Positions 51,701 through 62,855 of a DNA stretch of 64,000 nt are shown in pieces. Origin of the DNA: Haliotis cracherodii (taxonomy: Eukaryota); the NCBI RefSeq assembly GCF_022045235.1, contig NW_027266286.1, positions 40,796,001 to 40,860,000 of the forward strand, in the 5' to 3' direction. Made by a program: the position numbers and the translations under genes. Each line of letters starts with the position of its first letter. Within the stretch, counting starts at the first letter, position 1. The notes below the pieces were generated by a model, which saw only the letters and a list, made by a program, of their open reading frames with translations, had not been told where the DNA came from and did no database searches.

Positions 51701-53023
51701 CTAACGTCGCACCCAACCTCTCTCGCCATACGACGGCCTGCCTGTATACAACCAAGTCCTGACCAGACAATCCAGGAACAGGATAGCACGTTTACTGATT
51801 AAGTTCAAATTAAAACAACCAATACAATCATGACCTGGTAATAGTGGCACTGGTGGCAACTTGTAAGGAATGGCAACTTAACATTGAAACGTAAATGATG
51901 GTTTCCTTCGACTGATTCTGATCAGGTGCTTACCTCACCTGACTAAAGTCAATTTGTATGTGGGTTCATGGCATGATATGGTTGTTCATCGGAGTCATCG
52001 GTAAACATCTGTCACCATCTTCTCCCCAGAAACCGCTGGACTAATGAAGCTAAAACAGTTTTTGTCCCTTAACAATGATGTTATCAATGTCAGGGTGTTT
52101 CTACATGCCCTCCATGGCGGCCTTTAATGTCTTAAGAATACAGATGAAAGTATCAGTATTTGTGCAGATAGCATCTGGATACAGTAACTGTAAACTGTTA
52201 TGTGTAGGAGAAACCATGTCTCCGAGGGATCCCAAGAGATTGTAAACCCTCACATGAGGGACGTTCCCGAATGTGAGGGTTTACAATCTCTAGTAATCTC
52301 GAGGAGACATGGTTTGTCCAACTTATAAACCGACTCATCGCACAGACAACGTTTTTAATTAAATAACTGTAATAAAAACGCCCAAATGTATAACCTGTAT
52401 CGGAGATGAAATATCGCCTGCAGTCGTGAACTCGGTTCAATGAAACCGGTGACCTCAGCACGAGGGTTTCGCAACGGTGCGAAATCTGCACGTGCGTCTC
52501 GCAATTGCACGGAATCTGCACGTGCGTCTCGTAGGCTGTTCGTTGTTTTTGTTCTATCAAGGGTTTACAATGATTGTTATACCTCCTGCTAGGTGTTACA
52601 ATCGTTGTAATACCTCCTACGAGGTGTTACCACAATTTCAAAAACTCCATATCGAGTTACACAAACAGCCAGTAGGTTTATAATTTTTTACAATCCATCT
52701 ATTAGTTATGATTGCTTCGTGGTTGTCATTTTCAGATTACGTGCACAAACGTATCAAGACGTACATCTGGAGACTGGGATGATACCAGCTGGTTCCCCCT
52801 TCCGATCACGTCGCATAACGCTACCTCAGTAACTCTTAACTACAGCCAGATCTGTCCGTGGTCAAAAGCAAAGACTGTGTCTGTAATACGATACGCATGG
52901 CGTGAATCTCCGTGTCCCTTTAAACAGTGTGCAGTCTACAACAAGGAAAGTGGCTATCCCGCCCCACCCTTTATCAAAGGTATATATAGGCCAGATATGT
53001 ATAATGTCAAACTTGTGAAATAA
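45908..53023 (+). CDS. SIAE: Sialate O-acetylesterase-like paralogue B; exons 45908-46007, 46513-46853, 48314-48452, 49024-49302, 49909-50045, 50727-50884, 51014-51215, 52736-53023
   Basis: Hydrophobic N-terminus; SGQSNM, GGTRVEAW, WYQGEAN, IRWHQTAD, IHPRDKQ, RYAWRESPC; all GT-AG junctions in phase. Confidence 0.92.
46075..46308 (-). mobile_element. SINE-like repeat, family 2
   Basis: ctcagcaatatttcagctatatga...agtcagcgagcctgacc...aatcttcacgg. Confidence 0.75.
47930..48110 (-). mobile_element. Degenerate tRNA-derived SINE head
   Basis: Minus strand tggcccagccatctaaggcg (box A-like) and ggttcaaatcc (box B). Confidence 0.4.
48645..48724. repeat. Compound (GT)n(GA)n microsatellite
   Basis: Direct reading. 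Confidence 0.9.
49586..49825 (-). mobile_element. SINE-like repeat, family 2
   Basis: (TTTG)n tail, aaccaagtcagcgagcc, gatcccgttagtcgcct, aatcttcacggg. Confidence 0.75.
50504..50668 (+). mobile_element. tRNA-derived SINE, family 1
   Basis: ggggcggtgg..gcagcctggtggttaaagcg, ggttcaatccc, (CACT)n tail. Confidence 0.85.
51268..51490 (+). mobile_element. SINE-like repeat, family 2
   Basis: gtaagaggcgactaacgggatc..gtggtcaggctcg.tgacttgg; (AAAC)n tail. Confidence 0.75.
52207..52319. repeat. Hairpin/palindrome of about 110 bp in the last intron of SIAE-B (probable non-autonomous transposon)
   Basis: ggagaaaccatgtctcc...gagattgtaaaccctcacat pairs with atgtgagggtttacaatctc...ggagacatggtttgtcc. Confidence 0.8.
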
Positions 53024-53094
53024 AATGTGGCACCATCCTTGTGTTGATAGTTTTTTTAAAGAACTTAGAACTGACTGGATGAGGTGAGGTGAAA

Positions 53095-53395
53095 TGGGGT
53101 TTAACGTCGCATTCAAGATTATTGCACTTCAACAGCGACGTGTGTGTGTGTGTGTGTGGCTGCTTGTACTGATCTGGACTTATGCCGAATTAAGAGTGCT
53201 ACCATGTCTAAGTTTAACATACAACAAACCCCACTCAAAAACGGTATACTAACTCATGGCCGACCGGTCCTTGCTTTAGCCCTTAATGCCGAGCGCCAGA
53301 AAGGGCACCATCTTCTAGCGTCGTTTAGTATGCTGCGGCCAAAGATCGAACAACCGACCTTTCGCTCTCAGGAAAGACGCTCTATCCACATGGTG
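53095..53395 (-). mobile_element. tRNA-derived SINE, family 3
   Basis: Similar to 62525-62855; gatcgaac is the reverse complement of box B; embedded (TG)n. Confidence 0.65.
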
Positions 53396-54860
53396 CGCTG
53401 GTCCTTGTTTCTGTCATTGCTTATCATTTTATCTTATTCCATTCTTTTGCTTGTTTACCGTTTTAGCCAGTCACCACTCCCAAATCGAAAGTATTTATTT
53501 CTAAAATTTTCTTCGGTCTGCGTGTCCATACCCTTCCACAGCTATCACTTTCACATAATGTCGTCACTGCAAATTACAGCAATTTACTATCAGGTTAAAT
53601 CTATTTCTTTCTGTCTCCATATTCTCTTTATTCAATTTATTTGCCCTATCGAACAGAACGGTCGATAGAAGTGTCAGAACGTTTTACATTTATCTTGTAA
53701 GTATGTTTAACTTTCTTGAAGATAGTTTCACCTTGTAACACTTACCCGAGATTGTTAGTACAAAGTTCAAGCTGGTGGAGATAAGGCAGGGATCGATCTC
53801 ATTGTGTGTTTCCTAGCGTCTTGTAGACGGCTTATGAAATGGAATCAGTTGTATGGAAATTTATTCTGGCTGCCATCAATGTTGCATCATCAGCAGTATT
53901 TTTTGGAAGAGGTAATAAATATTTTATTGAACACTGTTTGACATAGTCTGCAATTCTTTAAAATTGCGACCTTGTTAAATCTATATGGTACACAGGATGT
54001 CTGATAACAGCCATGTTAACGCTGGGTTCATTTCAAGAAATACAATTATCCTCTCATATTATCAACAAGTACAAAAATGAAATCATTTAATGCACCCATC
54101 ACTGGTAAGTCACAGTGACAGTGTAGGCACAGATAGATTGGAATATTGTCTTTTTTTTCTTAATAAATTGAATGAAATCTCATTATTTCATATATGGATA
54201 GCTTTTTGATACCTTGTGGCTAGAGCTGCATAAGTGCAATAATCTTGAATGCGACATTAAACCTAATTTCTCCCCACTCCACTCTTCAGATAAGAACCGC
54301 ACTTTATACCTCTCTGATCAAGACCACATTTTACTTATCTCTTCACTTATCTTGATGAGAATTCTATTTCAGCGACGACAGCGTTTGCGACATTTGCCTT
54401 TGCCAGTTACTATGGAAACCACATGGTTCTTCAAAAAGCACCCCAAAGGGCGATTATCTGGGGATATGCTGCAAAAGAAGGCGAGACAATCACATTGAGC
54501 ATTAGTGGTAAAGGGCAGGTGAATACAACATCTTTCATTGGACCTATGTTATCACCTCCTGTGTGGTCAGTTCAACTTCCTGTCATCAATGCTGGTGGGC
54601 CTTACAACATCACAGCGACATCTAGCGAGGGCAGCATTGGCTTAACTGATGTGTTGTTTGGGGACGTCTGGATATGTTCGGGTCAGAGCAACATGCAGTT
54701 TACAGTTTCAATGGTAGGTTGTAACAAACAGAGATATAAACATTCAATGGTAGACTTGATTAAAAAGGTATACAATCTCATGTTGTGGTGTTCAGGTTTG
54801 TCTGCTTTCTACTTCAACGAAATATCAACATGGAGTCCATTGCTGTCTACTAGTAATAAG

Positions 54861-55124
54861 ACCCGTGAAGATCCGGGGTACAATAGGTCTTCAGCAACCC
54901 ATGTTTGCCGTACAAGGCGGATATGCTTGTAAGTAAGAGGCGACTAACGGTATCGGGTGGTCAGACTCGCTGACTTTGATGAACCATGCCATCCATCCCA
55001 AATGCGTTGATCGATACTCATGATATCAATCACTGGATTGTCTTGTCAAGACTCGATTATTTACATCATATAGCTTGAATATTAATATTGCTGAGTGCGG
55101 CGTAAAACAACAAACAAAACAAAC
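54861..55124 (+). mobile_element. SINE-like repeat, family 2 (near full length)
   Basis: acccgtgaagatccgggg...aggcgactaacgg.atcgggtggtcag.ctcgctgact...gctgagtgcggcgtaaaacaacaaac. Confidence 0.8.
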
Positions 55125-56309
55125 TACTAGTCATAATGTGAGTTCCAGTTGCTATCCCTTTGTGCTAAGAAAGTGTCTCTCTTGTTGTTTTAATACTCCT
55201 ACGTGTCAGTTCTGAAACATGAACCAACGAGGTATATATTGGTTGTGTCTTGTGGCAATTTGTTACAAATCTAGGTTCTCATAACCCTAAGAACCCGACT
55301 GAACAATAAGCAATTATTCTAACTACAGCTAACTGTAACTGGTGCCTCAGACTATAAGTCATAGTGGTGATGTGAAACAGTTCTTATGGGTTTTGCCAAA
55401 ATGATAGAGGTTTACAACCTAGTGTCATTTTGGGTTTCAATCCCGCTTCCGCACACACACCACCACATACCTGAAGTCCTGTTCTTAGTGACCTGTAATC
55501 ATTCTAACTCATTCGCTCTCTGAGTGTTCCAAGTGTTGTATAAATCAGTTATTCATGTTGTCTCCGACAGGGTTTCAATGCCACGGAAGAAGAGTTAGAT
55601 GCCTTTAACCATCCCAACATCCGGGTATTTACAGTTGCCTTGGGGGCGTCTCCGTTTAAAGCATGGGATCTGTCGGGTATCAGTGAACCTTGGTCTGTTC
55701 CTAGTCCAGGTACACTTGCTATAGAGTTTCCTTGTCATACATTGTAACGTCATGCTCTATATATCAATATCAGTTCTTAGTTCTCTTGATACTTAGAACA
55801 TATCCTTCTATCAAATTTTCATTTTCTAATGAACAAACTTTAAACTAATATCGTTGTTAGAATTTATCATTTTGATTTCCCCTCTGTCAGTGTGACAAAT
55901 ATGTCTCCAGTGATCAAACTAGTTTTAACTCTCTTCATCTTCTCACATCAAGAGACCATTGGTGGTTCCTATTGGTCGTACTTTTCGGGAGTCTGCTGGT
56001 TATATGGCAAGTACCTGTCTTCACATCTCAAATACCCCATCGGCCTCATAGCATCATCATACGGAGGAACCCGAGTGGAGGCGTGGTCAGCTCCCAATGT
56101 TCTCAAGAAATGTGGTGTATACGATGTAAGCAATGTAAGCGATGTAAGTGATGCTGGTGATGTTTCTGGTATAGATCCAAATGCTGATTCTGTTGTGTGG
56201 AATGTCATGATGCGACCGTTCCTGAACATGACCATATACGGAATCATATGGTATCAAGGTAAGAATAAAACGATATTAAAACCGATCATATTGGCGTTGA
56301 TTTTATATA

Positions 56310-56330
56310 GCACGCACGCACACGCACACG

Positions 56331-56383
<53 letters not shown>
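56310..56383. repeat. (CA)n microsatellite with a (CG)/(CACG) prefix
   Basis: Direct reading. Confidence 0.9.
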
Positions 56384-56385
<2 letters not shown>

Positions 56386-56741
56386 TCGATGGATCCATTT
56401 CTTACCACTGCCTTTTATTCAATTCTTCATTGATCCTCTATAATGCTCCCGCTCAAAGTATTAATAAATCTATCACATGTGCAAGAAATACGGGAGTTTT
56501 TTCACATACGTCATTGAGTACAAAGCTGCAAACTCAATTCCCAAAATAATCTTCTCAATATTTTGTTCGAGGTGAGTCAGAGACCACGCATCCTACATCA
56601 ATGAACCGGTACAACTGTACCTTCCCCGCCATGATTGATGACTGGAGAGATAGATTCCACCACAGTTCCTTTGGTCAAACTAACCCGCTTTTTCCCTTTG
56701 GTTTTGTTCAGGTTCGTCTTTTTTCGTTCATGTATTTAAGA

Positions 56742-56898
56742 GGGTAGCCTGGTGGTTAAAGCGTTCGCTCGTCACGCCGAAGACCCCATTCCTGGCGTGG
56801 GTACAATGTGTGAAACCCATTTCTGATGTCTCCCGCCCTGATATTGCTGGGATATTGCAAAAAGCGGCGTAAAACCATACTCACAAACTCACTCACTC
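56742..56898 (+). mobile_element. tRNA-derived SINE, family 1, with TSD tcatgtattta
   Basis: Family-1 body; tcatgtattta on both flanks. Confidence 0.85.
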
Positions 56899-58889
56899 AT
56901 GTATTTAGGTACATCTTCTATGACTTTTTACAACTTGAAATGTCAGAATCGACCCTTGCAATTTCAAACTGGCAAATAATTTAAATCACGACAAAGATTT
57001 TCTGGGGGCATTTTGGATAACAACACACCCACCAGAAGTTACACAAAACAGGGTTGTTCCATACTCTACAAACCAACAACATGCTTATAAGAAATCAGAT
57101 GGGCCAACTGTAGATGGCTGAAATATGTTAAAATGAAAAATAACCCAGCTATGAAGTTTTTGTGAAATATAGTTGAATAACTCGCCTTCCGAAACTTTCA
57201 CAGATCAGTATGTGGATTTGGCCTTTAATCAGACGTAGATATGTCATCATATTCACGCAAACAATTTGTGTCTGACAAAGAAATAGCATGTTGTCCATGT
57301 GATTTTGCATTCATGTATTCATTTATTCATTCTTTTTATAAGCTTGCTCCATGGCGAGACAATGACGTCACTATGACCGGCTTCACAGACATTCGGTGGC
57401 ACCAGACAGCTGACTATGGCTACGTCCCAAACGCCAGGATGAAGAACACCTTTATGGCGGTGGCCATGGACCTGCCGGACTTCTCGTCTCCTTGGCAAAG
57501 GTATAATAAATAATTTGAACCCAGTACAATAAGTACCATAAAAAAAGGTGGAATGTCAAACAATTTGTAATCCATATTGTTGTACAAATGTTATTTCATT
57601 TTCAGTAAACCCTCACACCATTTTAAGTAGTCCCTGACTGTGTCTTTCCCTATGTCTGTCATTTTAGACTCGGTCCTCTGGACACTGGCCTTAATATGTA
57701 ACAATCAGATAAGGTATTGTGTGTTTTTCGATGTGTTTTTAGTATCCATCCCCGGGACAAGCAGGATGTGTCTATGCGTCTGTGTACAGCTACTTGCTGT
57801 GGCTTACAACCAAACTCACTTCTCTATACTCAATGGCCCCTACCCGTCTCATTTTACAATCTTGGCGCAGGAAGAAACCGTACAGATTACTTATGACAAA
57901 GTTCTGGAAATTAGATCGAAATCAGGCTTTGAGGTCAGTGACCATTGCTACTTCGTGTTTTTTCTTGCTTTTGTCAACCAAACAATTGTTATATATTGCA
58001 TATATTTCCCTGAAATGATAATTGTATTGGTGTGTATTGCCATTGGGTAGATGGTTCTTCTTAGATTTAGAATTGTGCACTGCCTGATGACACGGAATCA
58101 TTGGCTCTGGGTTCCATTCGCTTGTGACTTATTACGATATATAGGGGATACTTATATTTTCGTGTCAAAAGCATTTGATCCAGTGACCCGACAAAGATGA
58201 GTGGCACGTACATGTATATCACAATGGTTAATATATTACATTTATCATATGTTACCACATTACAAAAGTTAATTATGCATTATGTACATGCATTTTCTAA
58301 ATGATCTTCACAATGTTTCTTTGAAAAACTATTGTATCATTAAGACAGTCTGAAAGTCGTTCCGGCATAAAGTGATATTTCACCTGAGTGAGATATCAAT
58401 GTAATATTTTCAGATTAATACTATATTTCATCACTAAATACAGAATTTCAACCTATCAATATCAAGTAAGTATGATATTAGGTGTTCGCACAAGGGAGAG
58501 TGTATCCTGTCCTGTGACACACATATCAAAACATGCACATTCAAGTCAATTGTTCATCTCGCCAAACACTGAAACATGTAGTACAAACCAAAATCCGACA
58601 CAGTTTGTGTCACTGGTGCGTCAGATTTGGAAATGTACTCACCATTTCTTCCATAAAACCTTTCGAAAGCTTTTCTAAGGCCTTTTGTGTTGTTACCCCG
58701 GTCACACAACTTTAAGCAAGATTCGTGAGCGGCTCTTCACAGAAAGAGTATGAGTGGCTGTACCTGAAAGGTTGTGACATGTTGACTCCAAAGGCAATGT
58801 ATATGTGGAGTCTGGTATGTGAAAAGGACGCGGTAGGACAAGAACCCTTTTTAGCCCACTGGGAATCTTACATTTTAAAGTTTTTGAAA

Positions 58890-59650
58890 AGTGTGTAATA
58901 ATGTTATGAACATCTTCAAATAGTTTCATGAAACTTTGCAGGTCTTTCAAGCACATGCTAATCTGGTGCCTTTTGCTATTTAGAAATTTTTGAAATTTTT
59001 ATTTTTTACGTTTCCATGGCAACAAGATGGACTTAGGTTCTGTGAGGGTAGGGTTCGTTTCCGGAGCATAACTCATAAACCGTTCAATATTTGTTCATGA
59101 AACATTGCAGGTCTGTCAGGTACATGCTGAACTGGTGCCTTTTGTTATTTAGAAATTTTATAATTTTTTATTGTTTACGTTTCCATGGCAACAAGATGGA
59201 CTTAGGTTCTGTGAGAGTAGGGTTCGTTTCCGGAAAATACTAATATACAATTAGCTTGTGTTAAATACTGGCTTATGTTCAAATATTAAAACTGAAAACC
59301 TTAGCCTTTTCCCACAATTAGTCCAAAACAAGCATGTGTTGAAATCAACATGGTCAAATGCTAGTTTTCATTCATATAAAAATATATAACATTTTACTAA
59401 TTTCTAAACGCATGCCGATCCTTTAGGGCAAATATGCCCTCAGTAATCCTAGGGATTTCAAGAGTTGCCTTTGGACGTCATATTCGAGTTCTACTGCGAC
59501 ACATATTGTGAGAGTCAAAAGCATCAACCCGTTAGTTCCTGTAGCAATGCTGGAAATACACCAATACCTTGCTACAGAATTGCTGAATACTTCGGTGGGA
59601 CCAGCAGTCCCTGTTCTATGCCATCACCTAGTGATGGCTTTTGCGAAATA
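58890..59650 (+). mobile_element. Non-autonomous Helitron/Helentron-like element with about 2 copies of a 169-bp repeat and a terminal hairpin
   Basis: ccatggcaacaagatgg at 59014 and 59183 (period 169); hairpin gccatcac-cta-gtgatggc at 59620-59638; 5' boundary uncertain. Confidence 0.55.
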
Positions 59651-60929
59651 TCATCACGATGTGTCTCCTGATCAAAGTTAATATGACAGATGGTTGATGA
59701 CAAGTACAGACAAATATTTATAAGTGATGAATCAGCTGACGAGTAAACTGTTTGAATCAGAGACCTTTCATTTTTATTGATTAAGTTGAGATTTCTCTAG
59801 TTATTGTGGTTGTTTTCCTTTAGGTGACATGTGTTAAATCCAACAGTTCATCACGACCAGATGATAATTCAGTATGGTTCCCCATGCCTATTACTTCACA
59901 CGACAACACATCAGTGACCCTCAACTACAGCCAACTATGTCTGCGATCTAGAGACATGGTGGTGTCTGCAATACGGTATGCCTGGAGAGAGTCGCCCTGC
60001 CCCTTCAAACAGTGTGCTGTCTACAACAAGGACAGCGGATACCCAGGGCCACCTTTCATTCGACATGTTAGGCAATAAGATGTCAAATATTGAAATGATG
60101 ATATAAATTGCGTGCAAAATAACTAGAATGTTTGGTTTTTAGTTATAATCAATACACATCCGTGAGGCCATGTTTGTAATGGTGATGATCTATACTTTTA
60201 AAACCAGCAAACTACACTATGTTGTATCATGTCTTTAGTATAACCATATGCAAACATAATCATATCAATTGGGTGTTCTATTTGCTGCAAATGATTTTGT
60301 TGTATAACACTGATTTTGAAAAATTATCTACTCTGAATGTATGGGCATGTATAAGTATGTACGTATTAGTAAACGCGAGTTGTGTGAATGTGACTTGCGT
60401 CCAAAAATGACCGCTGTGGAATGTCATACTGACCAATACGAGTGTCTCTTGCATCAATTCCAAATGAGCTTTTCACCATGAAACTATTAACATTCAATAG
60501 AAACTTACAGAATTACATAAACAAAGTAAATATGTAATAAATGTGAATTCAACTTTGGATGCTTTTGGTATGAAATTTCCATTGAATAAAAATGGGTTCA
60601 GTAATAATGGGAGTATATTCAAACCACATGTCAACCGTTTGGGTTTGGCGCTCTGTTATCAACACCAACCCGAATATTAACAGTTTTCCCCTAACCTAAG
60701 TACAGGTCACTTCCAAGATGGCCAGGGATAAGAGGGAGCAAGCACGATTAGTGAATGATCAATGCAATTGTCTATTTGTCCCCTGTTCAGGTTTTTGTTA
60801 TTTTGATAGGTAACAATGGCTATGAAAACATAAATAAAAGCCACAAAGACACTCTTAATCATGAGAAATCTCTGCTATTTAAAAAGCAGTCCACTTTACG
60901 ATTCCGACTACACTACGACGGAAGTCTTT

Positions 60930-61160
60930 TACTGTATTTCGCAACATTTCTGCGGGGACTACGCAGAATGTTGGTTAAACATTTGTGTAGCTACGCGGGG
61001 ACTACGTAGAATGTTTGTACATTTTTTGCGTATCTGCGCGGGGACGACGCAGAACGTTTGTTAAAATTTTGCGTAGCTACGCGGGGACTACGCAAAATGT
61101 TTGTACAATTTTTGCGTAGCTGCGCAAACACTCTGCGGAGCTACTGCGGAGTATCTGCGA
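60930..61160. repeat. Short degenerate tandem array (about 40-bp unit, gcggggactacgcagaatgtt) with internal palindromes (gcgtagctacgc)
   Basis: Four to five copies read directly. Confidence 0.7.
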
Positions 61161-61253
61161 AATTAATTGCCCCTTATATGGGACGAATTTGTTTTCTGAC
61201 CCAAGTACTCCTTGAAACTTTAAAATGACTTAAAATGTTAGGTACAGAAGATT

Positions 61254-61421
61254 GAGTGAGTGAGTGAGTATGGTTTTACGTCGCTTTTAGCAATATTCCA
61301 GCAATATCACGGCGAGGGACACCAGAAATGGGCTTCACACATTGTACCCATGTTGCTAATCGAACTGGGTCTTCGGCGTGACGAGCGAACGCTTTAACCA
61401 CGAAGCTACCCGACCGCCCCC
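61254..61421 (-). mobile_element. tRNA-derived SINE, family 1, with 13-bp TSD tacagaagattga
   Basis: Boxes A and B on the minus strand; TSD at 61243-61255 and 61422-61434. Confidence 0.9.
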
Positions 61422-62524
61422 TACAGAAGATTGAACGAGAACAAATAATGACTAACACATAGATTATTCAATTATTATTTTTTCAATGATACAAAGAAGG
61501 ATTTTATCTGTCATCTTGCAGACTCAGAATGTGTTCATTCGAAATAGGAAAGAGAATAAGTGATTATCATAAATATATATTATGCAGTTAAAAGTTATAC
61601 ATATACATGCACGATGTAAAAGTATTCACTTTAAAGTCGTATGCGATATTCGACCTGCCCGATCCAGGTCCATTAGAGCGAAATGTAGAACGGGTGTATT
61701 TTGAATTTGGTAAAATACAGGTAGGTTTGTTAAATATGATTATAAAACTAATTTCTTTTCAATTCCTTTCATTCAAAATGTTTTCGGAAATTAAATTATG
61801 CTTGGGAAGTAGAGCTGAAGTAGACCATGGGAAATGTGACCTTAGCCAGCTGAGACTGTACATGTGGACACACATTGTACCGACTACAGCATACATGTAG
61901 GCTCTTCGAATTCGTTCAAGCATGAATATACAGGAAATGCTGTGTAACAATTCTCTATTTTTGGATGTTGTCAGTTCTGCGTTCTGAGATACAGTGATGT
62001 ATGTATCTACTACAATTAACAATACATGTAGATAATAAAGTAAAAAAATAAACTCTCTGCTGGAATGTATGGTGCCAATTATTCGATAGGGTAAGACTAG
62101 TAAATGTATGACTAGACGAATCAACTATTCTTACCTGATGAAAAATAATCTGCAAGTTTTTAGTAACACTGCTATTACATGACAATTGAAATTTCTAACT
62201 ATAGATAAATTGTAAAGTGACTGCATGCATGTAATCCCTATAAATCAAAGCTGTCAATAAACTGTCAATCATATTGACAGGAGGCAACCAATTCTAGTAA
62301 TCCAGTTGTATTCAATCGTATATAAAATACAATTTGAATTACTCCATAGATACGCGTTTTTGAGGAGCGTACACACAAACTAGTGAATAGTATTGCTCCG
62401 TGTGTGAAGGCGATAGTGAGAGATAGTCACAAGTTGTACATACTTTGTATATCAGTGTACATGGTAAAACACTCGTCATGACACATAAAAACAAAATGAA
62501 CTCACAGGTAAGTTGAGATGAAAT

Positions 62525-62570
62525 GTTGTTTAACGTCGCGTTCAAAATATTGCAGTTCTATATCACGCAC

Positions 62571-62601
<31 letters not shown>

Positions 62602-62855
62602 TGTGTGTGTGTGGCTGCTTGTACTAGTCCGGATTGATGCCGATATTATAGTGCTAGCCCACTGAGATACCATGCCCTAGGTTAACATGGATACCCCACT
62701 CAGAAACAGTATACAAATCAATAAAAAGTCCTTGTGTTAGCCCCTTAATGCCGAACACAAGGCAGGGTAACAACAAGTACCATATTTCAATGTCGTTTGG
62801 TATGACGCGGCCAGGTATCGAACCACCGAACCTTTCGCTCTCCCGGCGGACAGAA
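62525..62855 (-). mobile_element. tRNA-derived SINE, family 3, with embedded (GCGT)n/(GT)n
   Basis: atcgaacc is the reverse complement of box B; body shared with copies near 6735, 40400 and 53095. Confidence 0.7.

Larger units (their letters stand above)
53839..60078 (+). pseudogene. SIAE: Sialate O-acetylesterase-like paralogue C with a 2-nt deletion in exon 7; exons 53839-53911, 54373-54713, 55571-55709, 55953-56258, 56572-56711, 57343-57500, 57743-57933, 59824-60078
   Basis: Same motifs as B (SGQSNM, WYQGES, IHPRDKQ, RYAWRESPC); acagct-acttgct versus acagctggacttgct in B shifts the frame to TGA at 57894-57896. Confidence 0.8.

Noticed and set aside
42481-61421. tRNA-like sequences with box A and box B
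   Set aside because: They are heads of multi-copy SINEs with shared bodies, tails and TSDs; no complete cloverleaf, so not tRNA genes
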